Source: an uncultured virus (IMG/VR IMGVR_UViG_3300012274_000057) (lineage: Duplodnaviria > Heunggongvirae > Uroviricota > Caudoviricetes). From it: 64,000 nucleotides of DNA. Each line of letters opens with the position of its first letter. Position 1 is the stretch's first letter. The position numbers were made by a program, and so were the translations under genes. Below are positions 43,556 to 52,747 of the stretch, in pieces. Where the stretch lies: IMG/VR virus record IMGVR_UViG_3300012274_000057, positions 62,001 through 126,000 of that record; one strand, written 5' to 3'. The notes beneath the pieces are model-generated. The model was not told the DNA's origin. It saw only the letters and a program-made list of their open reading frames with translations, and made no database searches.

Positions 43556-44182
43556 CTATATAAATTCCATATTTGATTTATTAATTGTGCATAATTCATG
43601 TTCATAATATTCCGCAATTAAATCTTCTATGGTCATTGGTATTATTTTAACTTTAAATTCGTCTGAGATTATTTCTAATATATCATCAGTTATTTCAATT
43701 TTAGAATTGCAAAATGATATATTAATATTTTTTTGTGTAGAAGATTTATTCTTGCTGGATAACGATATATTATTATTTATCTTATCAATACATATCGATG
43801 AAGATATAACTAGTTTATAACTAGTTGAATGATTTGTTATGCATCGTATAAATAAACATTTACCATCTAAATGTTGCTTATGGTTACTTATCTTAAGATA
43901 ATTATTTTCTTCCTCATCATAAATACAAGAATCTATGTCTACATTATTAGAAACTCTATTTAAAGAATTTATTATTGTATTCATATATGCATTTATCATT
44001 ATTTCATCACCTTTGATTATATCAAAATTATGAAGTCTTATAAATTTAATTATAGCATTTATGTTATTTTCGGTTTGTTGATGTTCGAATCTCCAATCTA
44101 TTTTTTCTAAATCCTCTATCAATTTGTTTAAGTCATAATTCTTTCCTTTATAATTTATTATTTGTAATTTTGGTTTGTCCAT
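43556..44182 (-). CDS. hypothetical early protein
   Basis: AAGGAGAGATTAATTATG start. Confidence 0.75.
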   Translation of the reverse strand: MDKPKLQIINYKGKNYDLNKLIEDLEKIDWRFEHQQTENNINAIIKFIRLHNFDIIKGDEIMINAYMNTIINSLNRVSNNVDIDSCIYDEEENNYLKISNHKQHLDGKCLFIRCITNHSTSYKLVISSSICIDKINNNISLSSKNKSSTQKNINISFCNSKIEITDDILEIISDEFKVKIIPMTIEDLIAEYYEHELCTINKSNMEFI

Positions 44183-44202
44183 AATTAATCTCTCCTTTTA
44201 TT

Positions 44203-44700
44203 TTAAAAATAAAATTTACCTTTATCTCTCATTAAATTTAATTTATTTATATATTTAACACTATGACTATATTGTCTTTGCAGTAGTTTTAATTCGCCTT
44301 TAATTTGATTATAATAAACCCTCATATCTTTTCTACTACCTTTAGGTAATGAATTTAATATTTTATATATTTCAAATTCATTTATCATTTTTTCTTTTAT
44401 TAATATAGCCTTTATTTTTGCTTGTTCTTTCTGAATTAAAACTGTATAAGTTAAGAAATATAAAATATTTGCTATTTCGTCTTTTACAAATATTTTATAT
44501 TTAATCATAAAAATTTGTTTCTTTCTATTTTTACACCATACAATAATATAATTTCCTTTTTCATTATACTCATAATGAATAGCATTTTTTGAATGATGTT
44601 TATCATTCAAATCTATCCAGAATGTTTTTACGATATGTGGTTTATAATTTTGTAAAGTATCAAATAATACTTTAAAATCAGATATGTTTCCATCAACCAT
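44203..44700 (-). CDS. hypothetical basic protein
   Basis: AAGGAGA RBS. Confidence 0.7.
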   Translation of the reverse strand: MVDGNISDFKVLFDTLQNYKPHIVKTFWIDLNDKHHSKNAIHYEYNEKGNYIIVWCKNRKKQIFMIKYKIFVKDEIANILYFLTYTVLIQKEQAKIKAILIKEKMINEFEIYKILNSLPKGSRKDMRVYYNQIKGELKLLQRQYSHSVKYINKLNLMRDKGKFYF

Positions 44701-44775
44701 AATTAATTTCTCCTTTTTTATTTTTAAAAATATATTAGAAGATTAGAAATAAATCTAATCTTCTTTTTAAATAAA

Positions 44776-44912
44776 TTAAAATCTCACGAAGTGAGATTTA
44801 TCAGCCTCCCCTTCATGTCTTCTAAAACATGAATAATTTACATTTATATTGTATTTATAATAATGAATTATAAATTAATTCAATGTTTTATACTTTGTAA
44901 AAATGTACAAGC
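44776..44912 (-). repeat. left copy of ~135-bp inverted repeat
   Basis: Reverse complement aligns with 46492-46625. Confidence 0.9.
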
Positions 44913-44916
44913 TCCC

Positions 44917-45708
44917 TTATTTATAAAAGTCCATAGAGAAGACATAGCAATCTTCTCTATCTACAAGAACATAATCGTTCATAGATATCAGTACTCTATT
45001 TTCGCCAAATAATAACTTACGTATTATATTATTTAATATTTGGCTATTAGTATTAAATTCACCATGAAGTTTTAAATACTCAAATGTATTTGGTTCTATA
45101 TTGCTTTTTATTATTATATTAAACGATTCTTTCATAGCAGTTATAGCATCATCATCTGTAAATAATAAATCAGTAACCTTTCTAATATAAAAGTTTTCAA
45201 TAGTTTCTTCCTCATATATAATTGTATCTATATCTAATTTAGTCATAGGTTTTTTTATGTATAACCTATCTGAATCCATTAATGTCGTTAAAAGATTAGT
45301 ATTATCATCCATATATTTTAATGCTAAATTATATGCTATATTTTTTATATCTGCATTATTTTTTTGTCTATCATATTTATAATTTAAAAAGTATAATCCA
45401 GATATAATCTCGTTTATTATAATTGATTTAATTAAAATCATTTTTTCATATTCGCTATGAATATTATGTGCATGATCAATAATATTATTTATATCTATCA
45501 CCATAGTATTTACAAATATACATGATAAATTTTTACACATATCATAATCTTTTTCATTAAATAATAGCTGTATTGGAATTGCTATATTTAATTCGTCCTT
45601 CACTGTTCTAAATACCTTTTGTGCTAATATTTTTAAATTGAACATAATATCCTCGTTCAATTTAAGTCTAGTTGCCTTTTCATGCTTAAGTTTAATAATG
45701 TTATTCAT
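44917..45708 (-). CDS. hypothetical early protein, possibly a degenerate zincin-like paralog of 45863-46483
   Basis: GAGGGGG RBS; early-motif variant 45750-45759; IIINEIIS in place of HExxH. Confidence 0.7.
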   Translation of the reverse strand: MNNIIKLKHEKATRLKLNEDIMFNLKILAQKVFRTVKDELNIAIPIQLLFNEKDYDMCKNLSCIFVNTMVIDINNIIDHAHNIHSEYEKMILIKSIIINEIISGLYFLNYKYDRQKNNADIKNIAYNLALKYMDDNTNLLTTLMDSDRLYIKKPMTKLDIDTIIYEEETIENFYIRKVTDLLFTDDDAITAMKESFNIIIKSNIEPNTFEYLKLHGEFNTNSQILNNIIRKLLFGENRVLISMNDYVLVDREDCYVFSMDFYK

Positions 45709-45862
45709 TTGTAATCCCCCTCAAAAATATATTTTTTTTATTCAATATTATAATATATCATTGTATTATACTTTACCATTTTTTCTATGTTCCTGGAAAA
45801 ATGGCTATAATTATATATTATAGTAATGAATAAATATAGAAAATATTAAAGGAGAGATTAAT

Positions 45863-46483
45863 ATGAATAAATTAATAGTAGATCCAAATAACTATAGTAT
45901 AGTATCAATTTCAAATGAGACATCCTTTGAAGAAACAGAGACTGATAAACTATGTAGACATATACTAGGTTTATTTAGTGATCTTAAAGATTTAGAGATA
46001 GAAATTGATGTGGATAAATATAACAATTTTGAAGCATGTTTTCGTACAGAAAAAATAAACAATAAAAAAAGACAATATAAATATATTATAAATCTTAGAC
46101 CATTTCAAGACTGTTTTAAAAAGGGAAGCATTTGTAGAAATAGTAGAGAAATTATAGAAGGTTTGGAGATAGATGAACTTTTAAGAATAAATAGTATTGA
46201 TGAAAAATATAAATTTAAAGTTTACTATTTATTTTATATATTACATGAAATTGGACATATTAAGCATTTTAATATAAATGAACGATATATCAATAAATTA
46301 AAATTGGCAGATGTGTCTCTAGATTGTTCATTGCGTCAAACTTATTATAATGCTAATAAGAAACATTCTTATACGATATATCAATATGGATTATTCGAAT
46401 CCCAAGCAAATTTATTTGCATTTAAATATTTCACATATATTTGGAATAATGTATTAAAAAATACAAATTTTCTTAATATGTAA
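45863..46483 (+). CDS. HExxH zinc metallopeptidase-like protein (ImmA/IrrE-like)
   Basis: ILHEIGH and downstream FESQANLFA; early motif 45812-45821. Confidence 0.7.
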   Translation: MNKLIVDPNNYSIVSISNETSFEETETDKLCRHILGLFSDLKDLEIEIDVDKYNNFEACFRTEKINNKKRQYKYIINLRPFQDCFKKGSICRNSREIIEGLEIDELLRINSIDEKYKFKVYYLFYILHEIGHIKHFNINERYINKLKLADVSLDCSLRQTYYNANKKHSYTIYQYGLFESQANLFAFKYFTYIWNNVLKNTNFLNM

Positions 46484-46491
46484 AAATATAG

Positions 46492-46625
46492 GCTTGTACA
46501 TTTTTACAAAGTACAAAACATTTAAATATTTATATTTAAATTATATAAATTTAATATATAAAAATATTCATGTTTCTACAATACATGATGAGAGGATTGT
46601 CAAATCTCACTTCGTGAGATTTTAA
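46492..46625 (+). repeat. right copy of ~135-bp inverted repeat
   Basis: gcttgtacatttttacaaagta.aaaacatt ... tattcatgttt...acatga ... aaatctcacttcgtgagattttaa. Confidence 0.9.
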
Positions 46626-46639
46626 AGGAGGAATAAAAA

Positions 46640-46816
46640 ATGAAAGATTCTAAAATAAATCTAAATAATAAGTGGTTTACTATAGAACGAGATCATTACA
46701 AATGTAAATTATGTAAATTCTATTATAAAATATACAATGAAACTGAACCCAGTAAATGTCCTAATTGTAATCATAGTACTAAAGATGAACAAAAGAATAT
46801 CAATAAAAATAAATAA
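46640..46816 (+). CDS. 58-aa zinc-ribbon/rubredoxin-like protein, not in ORF track
   Basis: Hand translation ...YKCKLCKFYYKIYNETEPSKCPNCN...; AAGGAGG RBS; terminator 46825-46857. Confidence 0.8.
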   Translation: MKDSKINLNNKWFTIERDHYKCKLCKFYYKIYNETEPSKCPNCNHSTKDEQKNINKNK

Positions 46817-46907
46817 TATATTAAATAAACTAGGGAAACAATCTCTAGTTTATTTTTTGTGTATTTACATAAGATAACATTCATATAATTATGAAAGGAG
46901 TGATACT

Positions 46908-47720
46908 ATGAGAGATCCACAAAATATTCAACAAGTCGAATATAATGGAAATAAAATAAGTATAGTTAAAATGGACGATATACCTCCATTTGATATTCCA
47001 GACTATGACCTATTAGATAGTAAAGAACTTAGTAAATATTTTGATGATATTGAAAGAAAAATAATAAGAAATTCATTTGAATATAGACAAATGGTGAATT
47101 TCTTAAGAGAAAATTTAGATATGAATAAATGTAGTTTCTATCAGAATGTAAATAATATAGATACATTTAAAATAAAAATACATTTACATCATGAACCATT
47201 TACATTATATGATTTAGTTACTATAGTGTATAATAAGAGATTATTTTTCCATGAATGTTTAGAAGCAGAATTAGTAGCTAAAGAAGTTATGTACCTACAT
47301 TACAAATTAATGGTAGGTCTTATACCTTTAGCAGAAACTGTACATGAATTAGTACACAATAGCTATTTATTTGTTCCTATGGATAAAGTATTTGGAAATG
47401 TACAAGAATTTATAAACATGTATGAAGATTTTATGTCTCCAGAACAATTAGATTTACTAGAAAGAAATCGACAATATACTAAAACTTACTGTGAAGAATT
47501 ATCAAATAACCATATCCTAAATAAAAACTATATATATTTAGATTTAACAGGTGCATATGATATTCCTACATTAGAAGAAGTAGTAGATTCTATGAATGCG
47601 AAGATAAAGGAGATAAAAGGGGATACCTCATCTATATATGTAGAAGAGAAACCAAAAAAACAATTACAGCAGATGGTATCTTTTGGACAAGCACCTGATA
47701 GTGTTTTACCTGATAAATAA
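46908..47720 (+). CDS. HNH-like protein, paralog of 57383-58036
   Basis: C..IHLHH...TLYD...LIPL...HELVHN pattern; late motif 46876-46887. Confidence 0.55.
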   Translation: MRDPQNIQQVEYNGNKISIVKMDDIPPFDIPDYDLLDSKELSKYFDDIERKIIRNSFEYRQMVNFLRENLDMNKCSFYQNVNNIDTFKIKIHLHHEPFTLYDLVTIVYNKRLFFHECLEAELVAKEVMYLHYKLMVGLIPLAETVHELVHNSYLFVPMDKVFGNVQEFINMYEDFMSPEQLDLLERNRQYTKTYCEELSNNHILNKNYIYLDLTGAYDIPTLEEVVDSMNAKIKEIKGDTSSIYVEEKPKKQLQQMVSFGQAPDSVLPDK

Positions 47721-47858
47721 AATCTTAAACTATTTATTATTATGTACCTATATATTATTTATATTTATTATTTTTTATATATTTTTTTACATGAATATAG
47801 ATGACTAAAATAGATATAATAAACATTATATTAATTAATCTATAAAGGAGGAATAAAA

Positions 47859-48356
47859 ATGGCAGATTTATTTACTAAAAGTATAATTGATATTTTAAAT
47901 GAAGCATCAGATTGTGAAGCTTGTTCTAATGAAGAATTAGAACTTGATGGGGAATTAGAAGATGAATACGATGATGTAGAAGAATTAGAAGACGATATAG
48001 AATATACTGAAGAAATGGTTAATGTAATATTACAAGAATCAAATTCACAAACTAAATATTTGATAGAATATGATAATCTTTGCAAATTGATGGAGTCTAA
48101 ACGCATGGATATAAAGGAGGCTATGATATCAGTTTGTGAGCATAACCAAATTTCATTCAGTCACGCATACCTTGTATTAGAATCCGATGAAACTTTCGCA
48201 GAAGCATTAAATGAAGCAAAAGCATCAATAAAATATGCAAATAACCCAATAGATAAAACAAAAAATAAAAAGAAAGTAGGAAAGGTTTATGATACTTTCA
48301 AGGATATAAAGAATAAAGGAATAAAAGTATTAAAGAAAAAATCTAAGAAAAAATAA
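47859..48356 (+). CDS. acidic-N/basic-C protein, possibly head-associated
   Basis: Late motif 47822-47833; LNE|A sites; AAGGAGG RBS. Confidence 0.7.
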   Translation: MADLFTKSIIDILNEASDCEACSNEELELDGELEDEYDDVEELEDDIEYTEEMVNVILQESNSQTKYLIEYDNLCKLMESKRMDIKEAMISVCEHNQISFSHAYLVLESDETFAEALNEAKASIKYANNPIDKTKNKKKVGKVYDTFKDIKNKGIKVLKKKSKKK

Positions 48357-48362
48357 TTATAT

Positions 48363-48467
48363 AACATATATTTAAAAAATATAATATTTTTTTATTTTCC
48401 TTTCTAAGTTATATTTAAACCAGATATATAAATGAATATAGAAAACTATATTCATTTATATTATTTT
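48363..48467 (+). ncRNA. candidate small RNA unit 1 (promoter included)
   Basis: AACA-TATATT-TA; TTTTCCTTTCT anti-SD-like core; 16-bp hairpin 48426-48461. Confidence 0.5.
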
Positions 48468-48478
48468 AATATCAATAT

Positions 48479-48572
48479 AACAATAAAGTGAATTAGAAAT
48501 TATTCATTTATTCTATTTCATAATTAATCTCACTTCGGTAAAGTAGTATATCGTTATGATATACTACTTTTT
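48479..48572 (+). ncRNA. candidate small RNA unit 2 (promoter included)
   Basis: AACA-ATAAAG-TG; TTTCATAATTAATCTC anti-start core; 13-bp hairpin 48540-48570 ending in a T run. Confidence 0.55.
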
Positions 48573-48593
48573 ATTATTAAATAATAATACTAT

Positions 48594-48696
48594 AACATAT
48601 AATTGAATAGCAAGTTTCATACTTAACCTCACCCTAAAGTTTTTATGATTTGAAATCAAATATAAAAGATAGAGATTAGTTTCTCTATCTTTTATA
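48594..48696 (+). ncRNA. candidate small RNA unit 3 (promoter included)
   Basis: AACA-TATAAT-TG; TTTCATACTTAACCTCACCCT anti-start/anti-SD core; 15-bp hairpin 48661-48696. Confidence 0.55.
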
Positions 48697-48780
48697 CTGT
48701 CTAAATATATACATAATTATATATTATAATAATGAAATAAACAATAAATTAATATTAAAAAATTTAAAGGAGGAATAAGT

Positions 48781-49377
48781 ATGAAGTTTTATTTCGATAC
48801 AGAATTTACACAATTAAGAAAAGAAACAACATTAATCTCTGTAGGTATATTATCAGAAGATTATTCATGTTCTTTTTATGCAGAATTAACAGATTTTAAT
48901 CAATCTTTATGTGATGATTGGATAAACAAAAACGTTATAGATAATTGTATCTATATATCTAGAAAAGGAAAACAACAATATATATTTAATAGAACTATAG
49001 AAAGCTCTGAAACAAATAATATATCAATATGTGGAAATAGAGAAGAGGTTTCGAAAGAATTAGTAAGATGGCTTTCGAGATTTAGTGAAATTCAATTTGT
49101 AGCAGATGTATGTAATTATGATTTCGTATTATTAATAGATCTAATCACAAATGGTGGTACCGCATTCGACTTACCAGTGAAAATATCACCATATTGTCAT
49201 GATATAAATCAAGATATCGCTGATTTTCTATCTATATCTGATAGTGCAGCATTTGATGTAAATAGAGAAGAATTGGCTTTGAAAATAAATCCATATTTAA
49301 AATTAAATGAAAAGTCTAAACATAATGCATTATATGATGCAAGAATGTGTGCTATTGTTTATAAATCAATAAAATAA
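48781..49377 (+). CDS. DEDDh 3'-5' exo(ribo)nuclease (Rv2179c-like)
   Basis: FDTEF, YD and HNALYDAR motifs; early motif 48718-48727. Confidence 0.85.
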   Translation: MKFYFDTEFTQLRKETTLISVGILSEDYSCSFYAELTDFNQSLCDDWINKNVIDNCIYISRKGKQQYIFNRTIESSETNNISICGNREEVSKELVRWLSRFSEIQFVADVCNYDFVLLIDLITNGGTAFDLPVKISPYCHDINQDIADFLSISDSAAFDVNREELALKINPYLKLNEKSKHNALYDARMCAIVYKSIK

Positions 49378-49397
49378 TATATAGGAAGTGAATCTAA

Positions 49398-49727
49398 ATG
49401 GGAATGTATTTTTATAAAGGTGTACCTTTATTTAATTATCATACAAGATTTAAAGACACTGACATTACTGTATATAATGGATATATGGGTCATAACATAG
49501 AATGGTTAATAAATGATTTAGAACAACAATTTACAAAATATAATAATAAAAATACAATATTAATTAATCCAGATAATGGAGAGATATGTGTATATGATAA
49601 AAATGAAAAACAAGAATTAAAATTTCAAATAGAAGATAGCAAAGATTATCAAAATTTGAAACATATTATTATAAATAATATGAATACAGTATGTATAGAT
49701 CATACTGAAAATTATCAGCTATGTTAA
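49398..49727 (+). CDS. hypothetical protein
   Basis: ORF in operon, AGGAAG RBS. Confidence 0.7.
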   Translation: MGMYFYKGVPLFNYHTRFKDTDITVYNGYMGHNIEWLINDLEQQFTKYNNKNTILINPDNGEICVYDKNEKQELKFQIEDSKDYQNLKHIIINNMNTVCIDHTENYQLC

Positions 49728-49780
49728 ATAAAGAACTTAAAGTTCTTTAATATAAAAAATGAAAATAGGGGGAGAAGGAA

Positions 49781-50092
49781 ATGAAAATATTTAATTGTCA
49801 AATCGTAAAAGGAGAAATAGTAGATATGTATGGAAGCGGTGTTGGTGAAGCACCCCAATATTTACTATTAGTGGAAGATAATGAGCATGAAGGATTAGAC
49901 ATAGAACCTTCAAAAATAATCTATTTAACAGAAGATTTAGCAGATGATGTAAAAGATGTACATTATCAAATAATCGATGCTATGATAGATATGCTATCAG
50001 AAACAGAAGTAAATAATATAAGAATTAATAACTCTGAGTCAGCAATTGTTATAGGAGGTGCTGAAATTACGAGGAGGAAAAGTATTCTGTAA
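49781..50092 (+). CDS. hypothetical acidic protein
   Basis: GGGGGAG RBS. Confidence 0.7.
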   Translation: MKIFNCQIVKGEIVDMYGSGVGEAPQYLLLVEDNEHEGLDIEPSKIIYLTEDLADDVKDVHYQIIDAMIDMLSETEVNNIRINNSESAIVIGGAEITRRKSIL

Positions 50093-50102
50093 GGAGAAAA
50101 AT

Positions 50103-50798
50103 ATGAATTATGAAGACATATTTAATAAAAATACATTAAATATATTTACTGATGCTTCAATCAGTAAAATAGGAAATGAAACAGTTGGTTGTAGTGGTTG
50201 TATAGCCACTACAACTGATAATTATGGAAAATCGATAATAGTAGATGAATTTTATTTTATAAATAGAGATACTACTAATAATGATTCAGAATTAAAAGCT
50301 ATACATGCTGGTATATATAAAGCTATACAGTATAGAAATAATTATAAACAAATTAATTTATTCTCTGATTCTCTTGTTTCAGTTAAGGGATTAAAAGAAT
50401 GGATATTTAATTGGATTAATAATATGAAACTAGGAGTATTATACGGAAGTTCTGGAGAAGTGAAAAATCAAGAATTAATAAAATCTATTATATCGGATAT
50501 AATAACTTCTCAATTACAAATTAAAATTTATCACCAAAAAGGTCATATAAAAATCAATGATTATGATGATTTATTAAAAGCTCAAAGAATATTTTTAAGG
50601 GAGAACAATATTACTGCTCCTTTAGAATTAATTAAAGATTTATGCTATTACAATGATATTGTAGATAATACAAGTAGACAACGATTATTAATATATGTAA
50701 GTGATAAAACCCAATCACTTCAGTTACAAAAAAATCCTATAAGTCATCTTATAGATACAACAAGAATAAGGAATGAATATAGAATATTGGTTAAGTAA
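50103..50798 (+). CDS. rnhA: ribonuclease HI-like protein
   Basis: IFTDAS, TTNNDSELKAI, FSDS, HQKGH, YNDIVD; start moved to ATG 50103 behind AAGGAG. Confidence 0.88.
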   Translation: MNYEDIFNKNTLNIFTDASISKIGNETVGCSGCIATTTDNYGKSIIVDEFYFINRDTTNNDSELKAIHAGIYKAIQYRNNYKQINLFSDSLVSVKGLKEWIFNWINNMKLGVLYGSSGEVKNQELIKSIISDIITSQLQIKIYHQKGHIKINDYDDLLKAQRIFLRENNITAPLELIKDLCYYNDIVDNTSRQRLLIYVSDKTQSLQLQKNPISHLIDTTRIRNEYRILVK

Positions 50799-50812
50799 AG
50801 GAGATTTTTATT

Positions 50813-51223
50813 ATGAAATCAGAAGACTTATATAAAATGGATAAAGCCTATGAATTATTAGAAGAATGTGAACCAACATATAAGAGTTTAGATATACTTA
50901 TATGCTTAAACAAACCATTATTTATTATGTATTTTTCTAGTATTGATATCTTATTAAATAATGATGAAAAATATAATCGGTTTAATACTGCTATTGATAA
51001 TTTAACTAAACCAATGTATGATATTTTATCAACAGTAGAGCATAGTATTGATAAAGAAAAAATAATGAATATGAAAGAACTTTTAAAGATATGTATAATG
51101 CATGAAGTATTATATTTAGTATCATCTGAAGAAGTATTCGATAAGCCATCTTCTATGAATTGTTTAGATAATTTAGTAAATAGTATTTTTACTGGGTTTA
51201 GTAAAATAAAAGGTTATTTTTAG
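50813..51223 (+). CDS. hypothetical protein
   Basis: AAGGAG RBS; hairpin 51253-51280 downstream. Confidence 0.7.
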   Translation: MKSEDLYKMDKAYELLEECEPTYKSLDILICLNKPLFIMYFSSIDILLNNDEKYNRFNTAIDNLTKPMYDILSTVEHSIDKEKIMNMKELLKICIMHEVLYLVSSEEVFDKPSSMNCLDNLVNSIFTGFSKIKGYF

Positions 51224-51313
51224 CTTATATATATTTAAGAGAAATGTAAAATATAGGTTACTACAAAAGTAGTAACCTATTATTAATATTAAAAATAAAG
51301 GGAGAGATTAATT

Positions 51314-52135
51314 ATGAATAAACAACAATTAAAGCCGATGGTAAAATTTGAAGATAATTTACAGTATAAGAATACAACTTATACAGCAGAAACAATGTAT
51401 AGTAAAATAGCACAAATTTATACTAATGAGAAATTATTAGAAAGTGGTTATCCAGAAAATGAATTAATGTTAAACCACAGGAGAATGTGTTTAGAACAAA
51501 CTTTTAGAAATAGAGTTCAATTTTTATTAATGCAAGTTATTGAGAGCTTTAATAATAAGGTATATGAAGTGAACTCTTTATTAGAAAAAACAAAAAGTGG
51601 ATTCACAATTTATAGGTCACATACAGGAACATTAAATGGATATATAGAGTCTAAATTTGATTATATATATGATATATATAGTTATATGCATATATTAAAT
51701 AATCCAATAACAATTAGTGACATATCATTAACTTTATCTACACTGATGTATAATGCAATAAATATATCAGTGCAAATACCTGAAGAGATGAGAGATATCT
51801 ATTATAATGAGATGTATGAGGTTAAGTTTGATAAATATATGCATAATGTAGATCCAAATATATTATTATCATTTGAGCAATATAGGACAAACTTAAGTAA
51901 ATACTTTACAATGCTAATAATGAAAATGTTCGAGCAATTATGTGGAGAAGTAAAAACAATTTATTTAGATGCAGGATATCCTAGATATGCGGAACCTTGT
52001 AAGTTCTGTTCAGAAGAAGAACTATCTAGGGCAATACAATTACATCAACCAGTAAAAACAATTGAAGCAACAGAAGGAAAAAAACGTAGATATAGAAAAC
52101 TAGATATTCCATTATTTGAAGAATTGGAAAAATAA
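51314..52135 (+). CDS. hypothetical protein
   Basis: GGGAGAGATTAATTATG start. Confidence 0.75.
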   Translation: MNKQQLKPMVKFEDNLQYKNTTYTAETMYSKIAQIYTNEKLLESGYPENELMLNHRRMCLEQTFRNRVQFLLMQVIESFNNKVYEVNSLLEKTKSGFTIYRSHTGTLNGYIESKFDYIYDIYSYMHILNNPITISDISLTLSTLMYNAINISVQIPEEMRDIYYNEMYEVKFDKYMHNVDPNILLSFEQYRTNLSKYFTMLIMKMFEQLCGEVKTIYLDAGYPRYAEPCKFCSEEELSRAIQLHQPVKTIEATEGKKRRYRKLDIPLFEELEK

Positions 52136-52168
52136 TTATCTGAATTTATTAAGGAGAATTAATTTACT

Positions 52169-52678
52169 ATGAATACACAAGTTTTATTTTCTAGTAATGA
52201 TCAAACTTGGGAAACACCTTTAGAGGTGTTTTCCAAATTAAATAATGAGTTTAATTTCACATTAGATGTATGCTGCACCATGTATACTACTAAATGTAAA
52301 AAATTTTTTACCCCAGAACAAAATGGATTAATTCAAGATTGGAGTAATAATGTATGTTGGATGAATCCACCTTACGGAACGGAGATACCTATTTGGATAG
52401 AAAAAGCTTATAATGAAAGTTTAAAAGGAGCTATCGTAGTTTGCTTAATTCCAGCTAGAACAGATACAAAGTATTGGCATAATTTTTGTATGAAATCAGC
52501 TGAAATTAGATTTATAAAAGGTAGATTAAAATTTGGTAATTCAAAAAATTCTGCACCATTTCCAAGTGCAATTGTGATTTTTAATAATAAAATAAATGAA
52601 TTAACTGTATCTAGTTATACAGTATATGGTAGATTAATTAATTTTAAGCTTCCAAAAATGGTAAGATACTTATATTAA
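52169..52678 (+). CDS. phage DNA N6-adenine methyltransferase
   Basis: WETP, FTLDVC, WMNPPY, LIPARTDT.YWH, IRFIKGRLKF motifs. Confidence 0.9.
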   Translation: MNTQVLFSSNDQTWETPLEVFSKLNNEFNFTLDVCCTMYTTKCKKFFTPEQNGLIQDWSNNVCWMNPPYGTEIPIWIEKAYNESLKGAIVVCLIPARTDTKYWHNFCMKSAEIRFIKGRLKFGNSKNSAPFPSAIVIFNNKINELTVSSYTVYGRLINFKLPKMVRYLY

Positions 52679-52747
52679 TTTATATTATAATCATATATTA
52701 TATATGTAGGAAATAAATATAAATTTAATATAAATGGAGGGGATTAA

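Noticed and set aside
44776..46625. Insertion sequence or transposon with terminal inverted repeats
   Set aside because: Neither enclosed ORF shows transposase or recombinase motifs and no target-site duplication was seen; kept only as an unexplained repeat
48363..48696. CRISPR mini-array
   Set aside because: Units share architecture but no conserved direct-repeat sequence; no cas genes in the window
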